This document shows, piece by piece, positions 47,134 through 56,931 of a stretch of 64,000 nucleotides of DNA. The DNA lies in assembly GCA_038831915.1 (NCBI GenBank), contig JAWBKB010000003.1, positions 68,662-132,661 of the forward strand, read 5' to 3'. Origin of the DNA: Candidatus Caldarchaeum sp. GTDB taxonomy: Archaea > Thermoproteota > Nitrososphaeria_A > Caldarchaeales > Caldarchaeaceae. Numbering within the stretch: the stretch's first letter is position 1; the number at the start of each line of letters is the position of its first letter. The notes beneath the pieces were generated by a model. That model saw only the letters and a program-made list of their open reading frames with translations. It searched no databases and was not told the DNA's origin. The translations under genes were made by a program, and so were the position numbers.

Positions 47134-47958
47134 TTGGGTTTCAAAGTTGCGGTGGTTCAGCCGGCAGTAACAAATTCCGTGAATAGAAACCTGCAGAAAA
47201 TCGATGAACTGCTCGCCGAAGCGGGTAAACATTCGCCCGATTTGGCTCTCTTACCTGAAACATGGCAGCATTCCAACGTTTTCGCGGTGGCTGGACATCT
47301 TGCGGGAAAGGTCGACGATGTTTTGAGGGTTTTGGCGAAGCATGCGTCTGAGTTTGGAATGGTTGTCGCGGGCGGTGGCGTGGTTGTCCGACGTGAAAAA
47401 GGTTTGATGAATAGTTGTCCGGTCGTCGGGCCGGATGGTGAGGTTTGGGGATGGCAGGACAAAATCCATCTCTACCGCGGCGAAAAACAACATTTCGTCA
47501 GAGGAGACGGCGTCAGAGTGTTTAGTTTCCGAGGCGTGGGCTTCGGTGTTCTGATTTGCCATGACATCGTTTTCCCCGAATTAGGGCGGTTAATGGCTCT
47601 GAAGGGAGCTGACGTTTTGCTCAACCCTTCACGCATGCCATCATCCGGCGTTGAGCCATGGCACGACTACGTCAAATCCAGATGTCTCGAAAACCGCGTC
47701 GCGGCCGCGACCTCAAACGTCTGCGTAAACACGTCGACATGCGGGGGAACAGCCGTCTTCACGCTTGAAAGAGCCAACAGCTACATGTTCCGCGTCAGGA
47801 AAACTACGCTGAACGAGGTTGAAGATGTTTTGGCGGTTGAGATAAATGGTTTTGAGGAAATGCGTAAAGCACGGCGTGAAAGACTAGCCCACCGCTTGCC
47901 AAGCCTTTACAGAGAAATCGTCGAGGAAAATTACAGCAGCCCCGTCATCATGAAATAG
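47134..47958 (+). CDS. carbon-nitrogen hydrolase (nitrilase-superfamily amidohydrolase)
   Basis: MGFKVAVVQ start, catalytic-triad context E(LPET)...K...C (VLICHD). Confidence 0.7.
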   Translation: MGFKVAVVQPAVTNSVNRNLQKIDELLAEAGKHSPDLALLPETWQHSNVFAVAGHLAGKVDDVLRVLAKHASEFGMVVAGGGVVVRREKGLMNSCPVVGPDGEVWGWQDKIHLYRGEKQHFVRGDGVRVFSFRGVGFGVLICHDIVFPELGRLMALKGADVLLNPSRMPSSGVEPWHDYVKSRCLENRVAAATSNVCVNTSTCGGTAVFTLERANSYMFRVRKTTLNEVEDVLAVEINGFEEMRKARRERLAHRLPSLYREIVEENYSSPVIMK

Positions 47959-48737
47959 TTTTCGATTTGCTGTTTAGTTGTTTTATGGATTTCGTTCGCG
48001 AGGCCCAGCATTTCCAGAACCTGTATGCAGTTGTAGACTGCGTATCCGTGGAAGTGGTTGTTGAAGTAGCCGTAGGTTTTCTCTGTCCGGTCTATTATCT
48101 GTGTTAGTTTGGGTATCCATTCGCGGAGTTCTTCGGGCTTGTAGAGATAGTTGTACCATGGGTCTTTTCCTCTTCCATGCCATCGGACGTAGGCGAAATC
48201 AGCGGTTATCCATGTAATTGGTGGAAGCAGAGGCTCGTCGACGATTGTGTATGCGACATTGTGGCGTTGGAGGATGATGTATGTTTCGTCGGTCAGCCAG
48301 CTTGGATGCCGAAACTCTACAGTGTATCGGAAGTCTGTGTCGAGGTTTTTGAGAAAAGTTTCGAGTTTTTCGGTGTCTCTGCGTAGGCTCGGCGGAAGCT
48401 GAAAAAGAATGCATCCGAGCATTCCAGCCCTGTTCATGGGGGTCAAAAGCTCGGTAAACTCTTCCAAGGCCTTCAAAACACCAAGCCTGACATCGAGCCG
48501 TAGCTCATGTGTGATTTTCTGCGGAGCCTTCACGGCGAAGACAAATCCAGCGGGCACGGAATCCATCATAGTCATCAAAGCTTCCCGACGTGGATATGCG
48601 TAGAAGCTCGAATCCATTTCAGCGGTGTTGAAAAGCCTGCTGTAAAGCCGTAGCTTCGGCTGCTTGCTGCCCCCGTAGACAGGGCCCGTCCATTCTTCGT
48701 AGCTCCAGCCACTCGTCCCGAGAAAAACAGAACCCAA
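47931..48737 (-). CDS. DUF72-family protein
   Basis: DUF72 N-terminal signature LGTSGWSYEEW...RLFNTAEMDSSFY. Start placed at a TTG giving MGSVFLGTSGWSY. Confidence 0.55.
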   Translation of the reverse strand: MGSVFLGTSGWSYEEWTGPVYGGSKQPKLRLYSRLFNTAEMDSSFYAYPRREALMTMMDSVPAGFVFAVKAPQKITHELRLDVRLGVLKALEEFTELLTPMNRAGMLGCILFQLPPSLRRDTEKLETFLKNLDTDFRYTVEFRHPSWLTDETYIILQRHNVAYTIVDEPLLPPITWITADFAYVRWHGRGKDPWYNYLYKPEELREWIPKLTQIIDRTEKTYGYFNNHFHGYAVYNCIQVLEMLGLANEIHKTTKQQIENYFMMTGLL

Positions 48738-48774
48738 CCCGCCGAGAAATCCTTTTTCCAACCATTTATCAACT

Positions 48775-49704
48775 TTGGTCTGGATGTCGTCGACGGTGCT
48801 GGTGGGAGGCGGTGGATGGCAGTATTTCATCGTGCCGGGCAAAGACAGGCTACACACGTATTCGCTGGCGTTTGACTTCGTCGAAGTCAACAGCAGCTTC
48901 TACCGGAAAATCCCCCTCTCACAGGCTACTTCGTGGCGGCGACGAGTCAGGCCCGGTTTTATCTTCACCGTCAAATGCCACCAAGCCGTAACACATGTCC
49001 ACCGGCTTCAACCAACCGATTCAGCCGTCGACGCATTCAACCATTCCATCAAAATCTGCAAAACACTCAACGCACCTCTTCTCGTTGTCGAAACACCACC
49101 AACACTTAAACTCACTCCGTTCATCGTGAAACAATTTTTCTCAAGCGTCAGAACTGAAGGAGTTCGCGTCGGCCTCGAAATAAGAGGCCCCGCATCATCC
49201 GATGTTTTGACAGCCATGCAGGATTTGAACATCATCCACGTAACCGACCTTTCACGAGAAACTCCGAAATACTTTGACGAAGAAATCACGTATTCGCGGT
49301 TGTTCGGGAAAGGCGTTCACAACATGTACATGTTCGACGATGACGAAATACGGGAAATCAGTAGAAAAGCCGACGAATCTTCTTCGAAGAAGGTTTTACT
49401 GAGTTTTCACGGCCTCCGGATGTATGTCGACGCGGCGAGGATAAAGGTTTTCCGCGAAAAAGGCGTCATGGCTCCTGTGACCCGTGAAACAGGGATTGAT
49501 TCAGTGAAAGCAGCTTTGGCCGACGCTGTTTTTCCAGCGACTAAACATGAGCTGGAAACACGTCACGGATGGAAGCTTTTCGACCTCACCGTTGAAACAC
49601 GTGTAAGACTCGCGTCAATCCTTTCAAACATCCCCGACCAAACCTACACCAGCCTAGACAACCTTCTCGAAACCATCAAACTCCAGCTACTGACCACGCG
49701 GTAA
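48775..49704 (+). CDS. DUF72-family protein (divergent paralog)
   Basis: VGGGGWQY...FDFVEVNSSFY N-terminal DUF72 pattern. Confidence 0.55.
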   Translation: MVWMSSTVLVGGGGWQYFIVPGKDRLHTYSLAFDFVEVNSSFYRKIPLSQATSWRRRVRPGFIFTVKCHQAVTHVHRLQPTDSAVDAFNHSIKICKTLNAPLLVVETPPTLKLTPFIVKQFFSSVRTEGVRVGLEIRGPASSDVLTAMQDLNIIHVTDLSRETPKYFDEEITYSRLFGKGVHNMYMFDDDEIREISRKADESSSKKVLLSFHGLRMYVDAARIKVFREKGVMAPVTRETGIDSVKAALADAVFPATKHELETRHGWKLFDLTVETRVRLASILSNIPDQTYTSLDNLLETIKLQLLTTR

Positions 49705-49732
49705 AATTCAAAACCCATCAATACATGAAGAA

Positions 49733-50770
49733 ATGAGTGATGGTGTGGTGAAAGCCGTAGTTGTCGAAACACCTGGCGGGCCTGAAGCCCTGAAATACAC
49801 AGATGTTTCAGAGAGAAAACCGGGCCGCGGCGAAGTTCTCGTAAAACTCGAAGCCGTTGGAATGAACCGTATCGACATCTGGATTCGCAGCGGCCTATAC
49901 AAGGTTCAGCTACCGAGAATAATAGGTGCGGACGGCGCGGGAATTGTAGAAGAAGTAGGCGAAGACATGACCAACTTTTCGAAAGGAGACAGAGTTTTAA
50001 TCAACCCCGCTATCACATGCGGTCGATGCAGGTTCTGCATCTGCGGAGTTGACTCGCTGTGTGAAAACCATCGGCTTCTCGGACATGGCTTGGACGGAAC
50101 ATACGCGGAGAAAATCGTCGTTCCAGCGATCAACCTTCACCATGTTCCAACAGAGTTGAGCACCGTTCAAGCAGCAAGCATCGTAGTTAATTACGCGACG
50201 GTTTGGAACGCGGTGGTTCGCCGTGCAGGGTTGACTCCTGGCATGAACGTGTTGGTGATAGGTGCGGGAAGTGGGGTCGGAGTCGCAGCCATCCAGCTCT
50301 GTAAACTTTTCGGATGCACAGTAATCGGAACGGTCGGCGAAGACTGGAAAGCTGAGAAAGCCTACAAAATTGGAGCCGACTACGTCATTAATCGAAGAAG
50401 GCAGAGCATCAGCGAAGCCGTCAACGCTTTCACAAAAGGCCTCGGAGTTGACTTGGTTGTTGAGCATGCAGGCCAAGCGGTGTGGGAAGAAGCCGTGAAA
50501 AGCATGAGTCCCGGCGGAAAGCTTGTCTACTTCGGTGCGACAAGCGGTGAAAACGCGTCCATCAACATCCGCTATACTTATAGGCGTCAGCTCAGCTTCA
50601 TCGGGTCATACGGCTGGAACAAACAAGACATTCCACATGTTCTACAGCTGTTTCACAAAGGCCTTATCCGACCCATCATTCACACCACTTATCCGCTTAG
50701 CGAAGCAGCTGAAGCACACCGCCTCATGCAGTCCGACAACTTCTTCGGCAAAATCATTCTCCTACCTTGA
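49733..50770 (+). CDS. zinc-binding alcohol dehydrogenase/quinone oxidoreductase (MDR family)
   Basis: CGRCRFCICGVDSLC structural Zn motif, Rossmann motif VLVIGAGSGVG. Confidence 0.8.
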   Translation: MSDGVVKAVVVETPGGPEALKYTDVSERKPGRGEVLVKLEAVGMNRIDIWIRSGLYKVQLPRIIGADGAGIVEEVGEDMTNFSKGDRVLINPAITCGRCRFCICGVDSLCENHRLLGHGLDGTYAEKIVVPAINLHHVPTELSTVQAASIVVNYATVWNAVVRRAGLTPGMNVLVIGAGSGVGVAAIQLCKLFGCTVIGTVGEDWKAEKAYKIGADYVINRRRQSISEAVNAFTKGLGVDLVVEHAGQAVWEEAVKSMSPGGKLVYFGATSGENASINIRYTYRRQLSFIGSYGWNKQDIPHVLQLFHKGLIRPIIHTTYPLSEAAEAHRLMQSDNFFGKIILLP

Positions 50771-51582
50771 AAACATTCGAAATCCTCGAAAACATTCGGA
50801 ACGAAAGAAGACGGGGCTCGACAGGCCTGGCGTACATGGTTCTCGACGCATACCGAACGCTGGCTTTTGAAAGCCGCGACATCGCCGCCGACGTCTCCAA
50901 ACTATCATACATGATTGAAAACCTACGGCCTGCTATGCCTCTCATAGCTCGGTTCAGCCGCGAAATCGTGAAAAGACTGTCGAAGCCAACCCCTGAAGAG
51001 CTTCTACACGCCGTCGAAATAGTTCAGAACACGTATCGCAAAATGCTGGATGAACTTGTTAAGGTAGCTGTGTCGGCTTTAACGGACGTTAGGTGTCTTG
51101 CTACTTTGAGCCATAGCGGCTCTGTTGAAGCCGTTCTGAAAAATCATAGTGGTTTGAGGAGGTTGTTTGTTCTGGAGTCGAGGCCTCTCCGTGAAGGGTT
51201 GCTTCTGGCCTCATCGGTTTCGAAACACGTGGATGTCGAGGTGTTTGTCGACGCGGCGATGGCTTACGCGGTTGAAGAAGCTGACGCGGTCGTGGTTGGT
51301 GCAGACGCTGTGTTCGCCGACGGCTCTTTTTCGGGAAAAATCGGTGTAAGGCCTTTGGCGATGGCCGCTAAGGAATTGGGGAAGAGTTTCTACGTGTTGG
51401 CTGACACGTGGAAGTTTTCCGAGAAATTTGTCAACGAATTCGGGCCTCCGAATGACGTTGCCGCTGAGCATGCGGCGAGAAACCCTGTCTTCGAAAAAGT
51501 CGACGCAAAATTCGTGACATGGTTTCTGACGGAGAAAAAAGCCACAGAACCTCGCTCCATCCACTCCCTAATTACAGAATGA
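50767..51582 (+). CDS. eIF-2B alpha/beta/delta-family protein (ribose-1,5-bisphosphate/MTR-1-P isomerase-like)
   Basis: IF-2B family core TLSHSGSVEAVL...LESRPLREG...VGADAVFADGSFSGKIG. Confidence 0.6.
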   Translation: MKTFEILENIRNERRRGSTGLAYMVLDAYRTLAFESRDIAADVSKLSYMIENLRPAMPLIARFSREIVKRLSKPTPEELLHAVEIVQNTYRKMLDELVKVAVSALTDVRCLATLSHSGSVEAVLKNHSGLRRLFVLESRPLREGLLLASSVSKHVDVEVFVDAAMAYAVEEADAVVVGADAVFADGSFSGKIGVRPLAMAAKELGKSFYVLADTWKFSEKFVNEFGPPNDVAAEHAARNPVFEKVDAKFVTWFLTEKKATEPRSIHSLITE

Positions 51583-52976
51583 GGAAAGGGAGGTAAATCA
51601 ATGAGGTGAACCCGACGACGGGGACGCCGATTTTGAAGAACCGCCAAAACGATATCGTCAGCCGGTATTTTCTTTCAAGCACTTCGAGAACTATGATGTT
51701 TGAAGCTGCTCCGAGGATTGTGAGGCTTCCGGCGAGGGTTGAATAGGTTGCCAGGCCGAGCCAGAGGTTTTCGTCAAGCCCTATCACGCCGTTTTCCTTC
51801 ATGTATTGGATGAAGAGCTTGGTGAAGGGGACGTTCCTGAGTATTTGGCTGAAGCCGAGAGAAGCACCCATGATGAGCAACAGTCCTTGAAAACCGTTGA
51901 ACCCGTTCACGGCGGCGAAAGCGATAACTTTCTGCAGAAGGCCCGAACGCCAGACACCTTCCATGGTTACGAACATCGCGATGAAAAACAGTATCGTGCC
52001 AAGGTCTATCCGGGATGCGACGTCCCTGGGGTTGGTTACGAAAGGCCAGACAGCTGCCGCGACGATGAACGGAATAAGCCCGCGGCTTGAAACATGCGGC
52101 AATCCCAACGCCGCCAACACGTCGTTGAAAAACAAAGGCGCTACAGCGACACCGCCGCCTAACAAAGCGATGTAAGCATCTCTACGGAAAACAATAGCTT
52201 CGGGAGGAACCGCGACAGCCGCGACGGGTCTCCGCTTCACGTCGTAGATTTTGGCGATGTAAAGGCCGAGTAGCGTTAGTGAGATTAACGTGGGAATCGC
52301 GAGCTTTGCCAGGAAGGAGATGAACGGTGATTTAATTCCTGACTGAACAGCTGTCATCATGTTTTGCGGGTTGCCGAGCGGCGTCATCACGGAGCCGATT
52401 GTGATGGCGTGGCAGGGAAGCATGAAAGATGCTTCGTATTTGTCGCCGATTGCTTTTCCGACGAGAACGGCTATCGCGAGCCCTAGTAACGCGACGGTGT
52501 CGTTGACGAAGAAAGCCGCCATCAACCCGAAGACCAGGGATGAGCCGACGACCATCAACTTGGTGTTGCTGAAATATGATTAGAGCGAGTGATGCGATGT
52601 AGTTGAGAAGACCCGACGATTCCGCTATGCTGACCAAAGCGAACATTCCGATGAGGAAGAAGACGACGAAGTCGATGTAGTTGACTGCTTCATCAACATC
52701 AACGAGGCCCGTCAAAAACTTGAGAAACATCGCGGCCATCATGATAGACCAGACAGGGATGTGGGGAAATTGGTCTCGTAGAAGCAGGCCGCCGAGAAGA
52801 AACGCCGCCACTATAAACCCGCTAACTTCGGAATTCATCAGAAACATCCGTAAACTATGTTTATGGAAAAAAGCGATGGGAAAGAGTTTTCCACGGACTT
52901 GGAAAACCATTAATAGCCGTGTCAAGCCCATCAAACAAGTATGCAGACCGCTGAACACGAACATGAACACGGTCAT
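51572..52976 (-). pseudogene. ArsB/NhaD/CitMHS-superfamily permease split by a 1-nt frameshift
   Basis: N-terminal ORF ...SIAESSGLLNYIASLALII. The frame changes at about 52568-52582 (atcatatttcag) and continues as SNTKLMVVGSSLVFG...GNPQN in the 328-aa ORF. Confidence 0.5.
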
Positions 52977-53780
52977 GAAGGAAGCCTCTGGCCCGCCGTG
53001 ATAGGTCTCGCGGTGTTGGTTCTCGTCGCCGGCCTGATACTAATTCTCCGCAACATCAACTTCACGCTCGGAGTTGGGCTTATAGCGGTTTTCATAATCA
53101 CGTTCGGCGTTTTTGTGACCCGCGAAGTAAAGTCATGGCCGCATGTGATTGAAATGTTTTTCGCACGATTAAGAGGAACCGCTATACCGTCTGAGCCTGA
53201 GAAAGTAGGCGGCGTCGGATTTCCAACAGCCATATTTCTCTTCACGGAGGTTGCGTTGTTCGGAGCAGGGTTCGGCAGCTATTTCGTGATAAGGGCTTCT
53301 TTCCCGGTATGGCCTCCGCTCGGCGCACCTCACCTCGACGACTTCATTCCACGCCTCCAAACATTCATGCTTCTGTTCAGCAGCCTCGCCATCGAATACG
53401 CTGTCTACTCGGTTAAACGTGACAGACAGAAACCACTTCTCGCCGGAATCATCGCTACAGCTCTATTCGGAACAGGGTTTCTTGTCCTCAAACTCGGACT
53501 CGAATGGCCGCACCTCCTCTTCGACCTTGGATTCACACCTGACACAGGCATCTACGCATCGATGTTCTACATCCTGCTCGGAGCACACGGCGCACACGTC
53601 TTCGGCGGCGTCGTCGCACTCGTCATCGTCGCGGGAAGAGCCAAACTTGGCCAGTTCAACTCAAGAAGCTACGGCCTACTCGAAGGAGTCAGCATCTACT
53701 GGCACTTCGTCCACCTCGTCTGGCTGTTGCTATTCGCACTCATCTACGAAGGAGCCCTGCCATGGCTCCACCACCATTAG
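52941..53780 (+). CDS. heme-copper oxidase subunit III-like protein
   Basis: His-rich N-terminus then 7 TM helices ending with the subunit III signature YWHFVHLVWLLLF. Confidence 0.55.
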   Translation: MQTAEHEHEHGHEGSLWPAVIGLAVLVLVAGLILILRNINFTLGVGLIAVFIITFGVFVTREVKSWPHVIEMFFARLRGTAIPSEPEKVGGVGFPTAIFLFTEVALFGAGFGSYFVIRASFPVWPPLGAPHLDDFIPRLQTFMLLFSSLAIEYAVYSVKRDRQKPLLAGIIATALFGTGFLVLKLGLEWPHLLFDLGFTPDTGIYASMFYILLGAHGAHVFGGVVALVIVAGRAKLGQFNSRSYGLLEGVSIYWHFVHLVWLLLFALIYEGALPWLHHH

Positions 53781-53795
53781 GACGGTGAACGTGAA

Positions 53796-54281
53796 ATGAT
53801 GCGTCTCACCTCAACGCATTTCGGTATTTTCGTCATCTTCGCAGCTATTTACGCGGCTGGAACGCTTGCACTCGGCAGTCTACCGCTTGGCGATATCCAG
53901 GTCAAAACAGGTGAAATCGCCACACCTCTCGCCGCCTTGTTCGGGTTCGCGTCTGTAGTCGGCCTCGTGTTCGGCCAATTCATAGCAAACATGGCTTCGC
54001 CACTCGGGCCCCTCGACCTCATCACGCCGGGAATAGCTTTCGTCGCTCTACTCATCCTCCGCAGGCTCGCCAACAAATCCATCCTACTCGGCGTCGCTGC
54101 TTACTACGTCATCACAGCCGTGTGGATAGCTTTCCTCACATCAACCGTCACTGGTAGAAACGACGCTTTCATCAATCCATTCATCAGCCAAGCGATAGCC
54201 CTCGCGATAGGCACAGTACTATACTTCGTCGTCAAGTCACGGATGCCGAAACCCGTTCCAGCTCAAACAGCCGAAGCATAA
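53796..54281 (+). CDS. hypothetical membrane protein (ECF-S/QueT-like small transporter component?)
   Basis: 161 aa, 5 TM helices. No firm family. Confidence 0.35.
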   Translation: MMRLTSTHFGIFVIFAAIYAAGTLALGSLPLGDIQVKTGEIATPLAALFGFASVVGLVFGQFIANMASPLGPLDLITPGIAFVALLILRRLANKSILLGVAAYYVITAVWIAFLTSTVTGRNDAFINPFISQAIALAIGTVLYFVVKSRMPKPVPAQTAEA

Positions 54282-54313
54282 ACAGTTTTAAAGCAAACAA
54301 ATAGGTCAAACAC

Positions 54314-54906
54314 GTGCAAGACATCGCCTTCGAAATAATCAAATCAACCATTGCACTGTTCGTCATCGTGGACCCTGTAGGAGCCCTGCCTTTCGTCGCA
54401 TCCTTTGCGAGGGGCTCGACAGACAGGAAAGAAAGAAAATCATCGACCAATCCGTGTTGGCTGGAACTTTCCTGCTACTGGTTTTCTCGATAAGTGGACA
54501 TGGAATTCTTTCGTTTCTCGGCATTTCGGTTGCGAGCTTCACCGTTGCAGGCGGTCTTCTACTTCTTGTTCTCGCGTTTAGAATAGTTCAAGGAGGTGAA
54601 GGATGGCAGACCCGGGGTTCCAGCCCCGGTGTCTTCCCCCTCGCCTTTCCCCTTCTCGCAGGCCCCGGCGCAATCATCACCGTCATCTTCTCAATAAACT
54701 CGCTGGGAATTCCCTATTCGGTGGCACCCGTCGTCATAGTGGTGACGACTACTTGGCTGGTTCTCCTCGCAATCGACCGCGTGCTGGTCATTATCGGCGA
54801 ATCGGGAGCGGACGCAGTAGCACGAATAATGTCTGTCTTCGTCGCGGCCATCGGAATACAGTACGTCGTCACAGGGTTGATGGAATCCGCCCAACTACTG
54901 AGATGA
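54314..54906 (+). pseudogene. MarC-family (UPF0056) membrane protein with a 1-nt frameshift in an A-run
   Basis: GTG start. N-terminal IALFVIVDPVGALPFVASF (MarC signature). The frame is lost at the A4 run 54436-54439 (...TDRKERK|). The correct frame resumes as IIDQSVLAGTFLLLVFSISG... (ORF 54454..54906). Confidence 0.5.
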
Positions 54907-55380
54907 GGATTTGACGAGAACCGCGAAAACCCGTCCTCCACCCTTTTTCACGGATTGCTGCCTATAGCCACGTGTTCCAAGAAGTTTTTCCAGCAAATCT
55001 TTCTTGATCCCGGTTTTGTGAAAGAATGTTCTGAGCCTGGTCAAAATCACAAGCGTTCCACCTTCTTTCAACAATCTCAACGCTTCAGTCATGAAACCTG
55101 GTTTGTTCAAAGCCTTCTCCAACCCGTTCAACGAAACAATAACGTCGAAGCTCTGTGACGGAAGTTCAACAAGCCTCTCGATAACACGTGTATAAACAGG
55201 TACCACTTTCACCGATTTCTGGGCAGAGGCTACTTTCTCCAGCTTAGCCCAGTCATCGTCGGCAACGTAAACCTCCGACAACCCCAGCTTTTCCGCTGTC
55301 ATTACAGCGGCTTCGGCGTCGCCGATGAACAAAACTCGACCTGTCAACTCGGCTTGTTTCAGCTCCTCGACAACGTTCAT
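54895..55380 (-). CDS. hypothetical Rossmann-like protein (possible small SAM-dependent methyltransferase)
   Basis: VLFIGDAE...GGTLVILT pattern. Weak. Confidence 0.3.
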   Translation of the reverse strand: MNVVEELKQAELTGRVLFIGDAEAAVMTAEKLGLSEVYVADDDWAKLEKVASAQKSVKVVPVYTRVIERLVELPSQSFDVIVSLNGLEKALNKPGFMTEALRLLKEGGTLVILTRLRTFFHKTGIKKDLLEKLLGTRGYRQQSVKKGGGRVFAVLVKSSSQ

Positions 55381-56885
55381 TAGCCGAGCACCAAACGGTA
55401 GTAAGGCCTCATAGAGCCCGTTTGGCTGTCGACGTAAATGCCCTTTGCTTCGAGATAATGTTCGATGGCTAAAACCGTGTTGTTCCGGCCGATTCCGGAC
55501 TGCTTAAACCCTCCCCAAGGCATTTCTACAGGCAGAGTATAGTATGTGTTTATCCAGACAGCGCCGGCTTTCACGCGTTCTGCAACTCTCATCGCCTTCC
55601 CCACGTCGCTGCTCCAAACACCAGCCGCCAAGCCGTAAATCGTCGCGTTCGCCAGCTCAACAGCTTCGTCCTCGTCGCGAAACTCCGTAACCGTCAAAAC
55701 GGGGCCGAAAATCTCTTCTCTGAAAAGCTTGCTTTCACGCGGCGTGTCATCAACCACGGTGGGCTGCACGTAGTTGCCGCGGGCGTAGAATCCATCCGTC
55801 AACCTGTTGCCTCCATACGCGATTTTCAAACCTTCCGCAATAGCGGCGCCAACATATTCAAGAACAGCTTCCAACTGCTTCCTGCTCACCAAAGGCCCCA
55901 AATCGCTTTTTTCGTCAAGCTGATAGCCGACACGGATGTTCTTCACACGTTCGACAATCATTTTAACGAACTTCTCCTTCACAGAGGATTGGACAAGTAG
56001 ACGAGAGCCTGCCGCGCATGATTCCCCGTTGTTCGCATATGCTCCGTAGGTGACGGCGTTGGCTGCTCTTTCGAGGTCGGCGTCTTCGAAGACGATGTTC
56101 GGGTTTTTACCGCCCAGCTCGAGAATCACACGTTTCAACGAACTAGCAGCCCGCTCCATAATCCATTTACCGGTAGATGTTTCGCCCGTGAAATTAATGG
56201 CGTCAACTTTCTCGTTTCTAATCAAGCTGCTGCCCACCGTTTGACCGCCGCCTGTCACAACGTTGAAAACACCTTTAGGCGCACCTGCTTTCATGAATAG
56301 TTTGGCAAGCTCGAACGCCGACGCCGGCGTAAAAGAAGCCGGCTTGACCACCACTGTGCATCCAGCCGCGAGAGCGGGAGCGATTTGTCTGCAGAGAATC
56401 ACGAGCGGGAAGTTCCAAGGTGTTATGGCGACCACCACTCCCACGGGCTGTCTGACTACAGCCACCAAATCACCGGTTCGCAGTATTTGCGACGTTCCAA
56501 GAATTTTATCTGCGAGTCCTGCGTAGAATTCCAGCAGCTCCGCGGCCCGCGGCACGTCGCTGTTTCTACTCGTGCGAATAGTCTTCCCCACAAAGAGACT
56601 TTCCATTTCAGCGAAAATGTCAAGGTTTTGACGGAGAAGTTCAGCTGTTTTGAGAAGAACCCGGGCCCTGAGCCGGTAGTCGGAAACCCAGCCACCTACA
56701 TCTCGGTCAAAGGCACGCCGCGCAGCATCAACAGCAGCTCCAACATCCATAACACCGTCGGCCACATGCGCGATAACCTCCTCCTCGTTGCCGGGATTTC
56801 GTCTTTCAAAATAATTTCCCGAACTCGGCTCAACTTCTTCTCCATCTATGAAAAGATTTACCTGCACGGGATTATTGCTTTTCAA
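55380..56885 (-). CDS. NAD(P)-dependent aldehyde dehydrogenase
   Basis: ALDH signatures ELGGKNP, FTGETSTGK, catalytic Cys context ESCAAGSRL. Confidence 0.85.
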   Translation of the reverse strand: MKSNNPVQVNLFIDGEEVEPSSGNYFERRNPGNEEEVIAHVADGVMDVGAAVDAARRAFDRDVGGWVSDYRLRARVLLKTAELLRQNLDIFAEMESLFVGKTIRTSRNSDVPRAAELLEFYAGLADKILGTSQILRTGDLVAVVRQPVGVVVAITPWNFPLVILCRQIAPALAAGCTVVVKPASFTPASAFELAKLFMKAGAPKGVFNVVTGGGQTVGSSLIRNEKVDAINFTGETSTGKWIMERAASSLKRVILELGGKNPNIVFEDADLERAANAVTYGAYANNGESCAAGSRLLVQSSVKEKFVKMIVERVKNIRVGYQLDEKSDLGPLVSRKQLEAVLEYVGAAIAEGLKIAYGGNRLTDGFYARGNYVQPTVVDDTPRESKLFREEIFGPVLTVTEFRDEDEAVELANATIYGLAAGVWSSDVGKAMRVAERVKAGAVWINTYYTLPVEMPWGGFKQSGIGRNNTVLAIEHYLEAKGIYVDSQTGSMRPYYRLVLG

Positions 56886-56931
56886 GCCGGCTTTTATGGT
56901 CTTTGCAACGCGTTATTCAGGAAAACTCTAA

